DNA of 60,549 bases, filler included, from Sphacelaria rigidula (lineage: Eukaryota): NCBI GenBank assembly GCA_964200075.2. It is 6 parts of 6 records of this genome, joined end to end, with 100 filler letters (N's around TTAATTAATTAA, not from the genome) between each part and the next. Parts side by side here need not be neighbours in the genome. Positions count along the whole stretch, not along the records: positions 50,544 to 60,549 come from CAXNAA020007330.1; 5 more parts are not named here. One strand, 5' to 3'. The position numbers and the translations under genes are program-made. The notes beneath the pieces were generated by a model that was not told the origin of the DNA, made no database searches, and saw nothing but the letters and a program-made list of their open reading frames with translations. The stretch's first letter is position 1; each line of letters starts with the position of its first letter. Below, one piece after another: positions 60,418 through 60,549 of this stretch.

Positions 60418-60549
60418 CTTTTGTGCAGGCAGCCGAGAGAAGAGATGGAGGGAGGAGGGGGGGGGGGGGGGGGGGCATCAACTTGTTTTGGTCCGGAGGG
60501 CATTCGACCCTACCCCCCGCCCCCCTTCCCCGCCGGAGCCGGGGGGTGG

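Overview
Eukaryotic, intron-rich nuclear DNA, most consistent with a brown alga (Phaeophyceae, Ectocarpales-like). This is inferred from the exon/intron style, the tRNA-derived SINEs, the RTE LINE debris, the TTAGGG repeats and a flagellar CFAP47 gene. The window is not one locus: it is six unrelated ~10-kb contigs (1-10011, 10112-20120, 20221-30229, 30330-40337, 40438-50443, 50544-60549) joined by artificial N-TTAATTAATTAA-N spacers. Genes spliced by hand with matching intron phases: (1) a large low-complexity protein with giant exons; (2) a spliced Sola-like/DUF7869 DDD transposase of at least 10 exons with a C-terminal BAH/SH3-barrel-like domain; (3) the 3' end of STT3, apparently fused to a divergent WSC-like domain; (4) an unidentified multi-exon gene; (5) an ankyrin-repeat gene; (6) part of CFAP47. 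The most unusual signals are non-coding. One is a ~431-nt terminally redundant (circularly permuted) insertion with a 45-bp palindrome and back-to-back tRNA-type Pol III promoters. Another is a dispersed, terminally redundant repeat family (~320-nt and ~80-95-nt monomers) sharing a covarying multibranch RNA fold that matches no ribozyme I can recognise. There are also MITEs carrying telomeric repeats. All family assignments come from motif recognition by eye; no searches were run.
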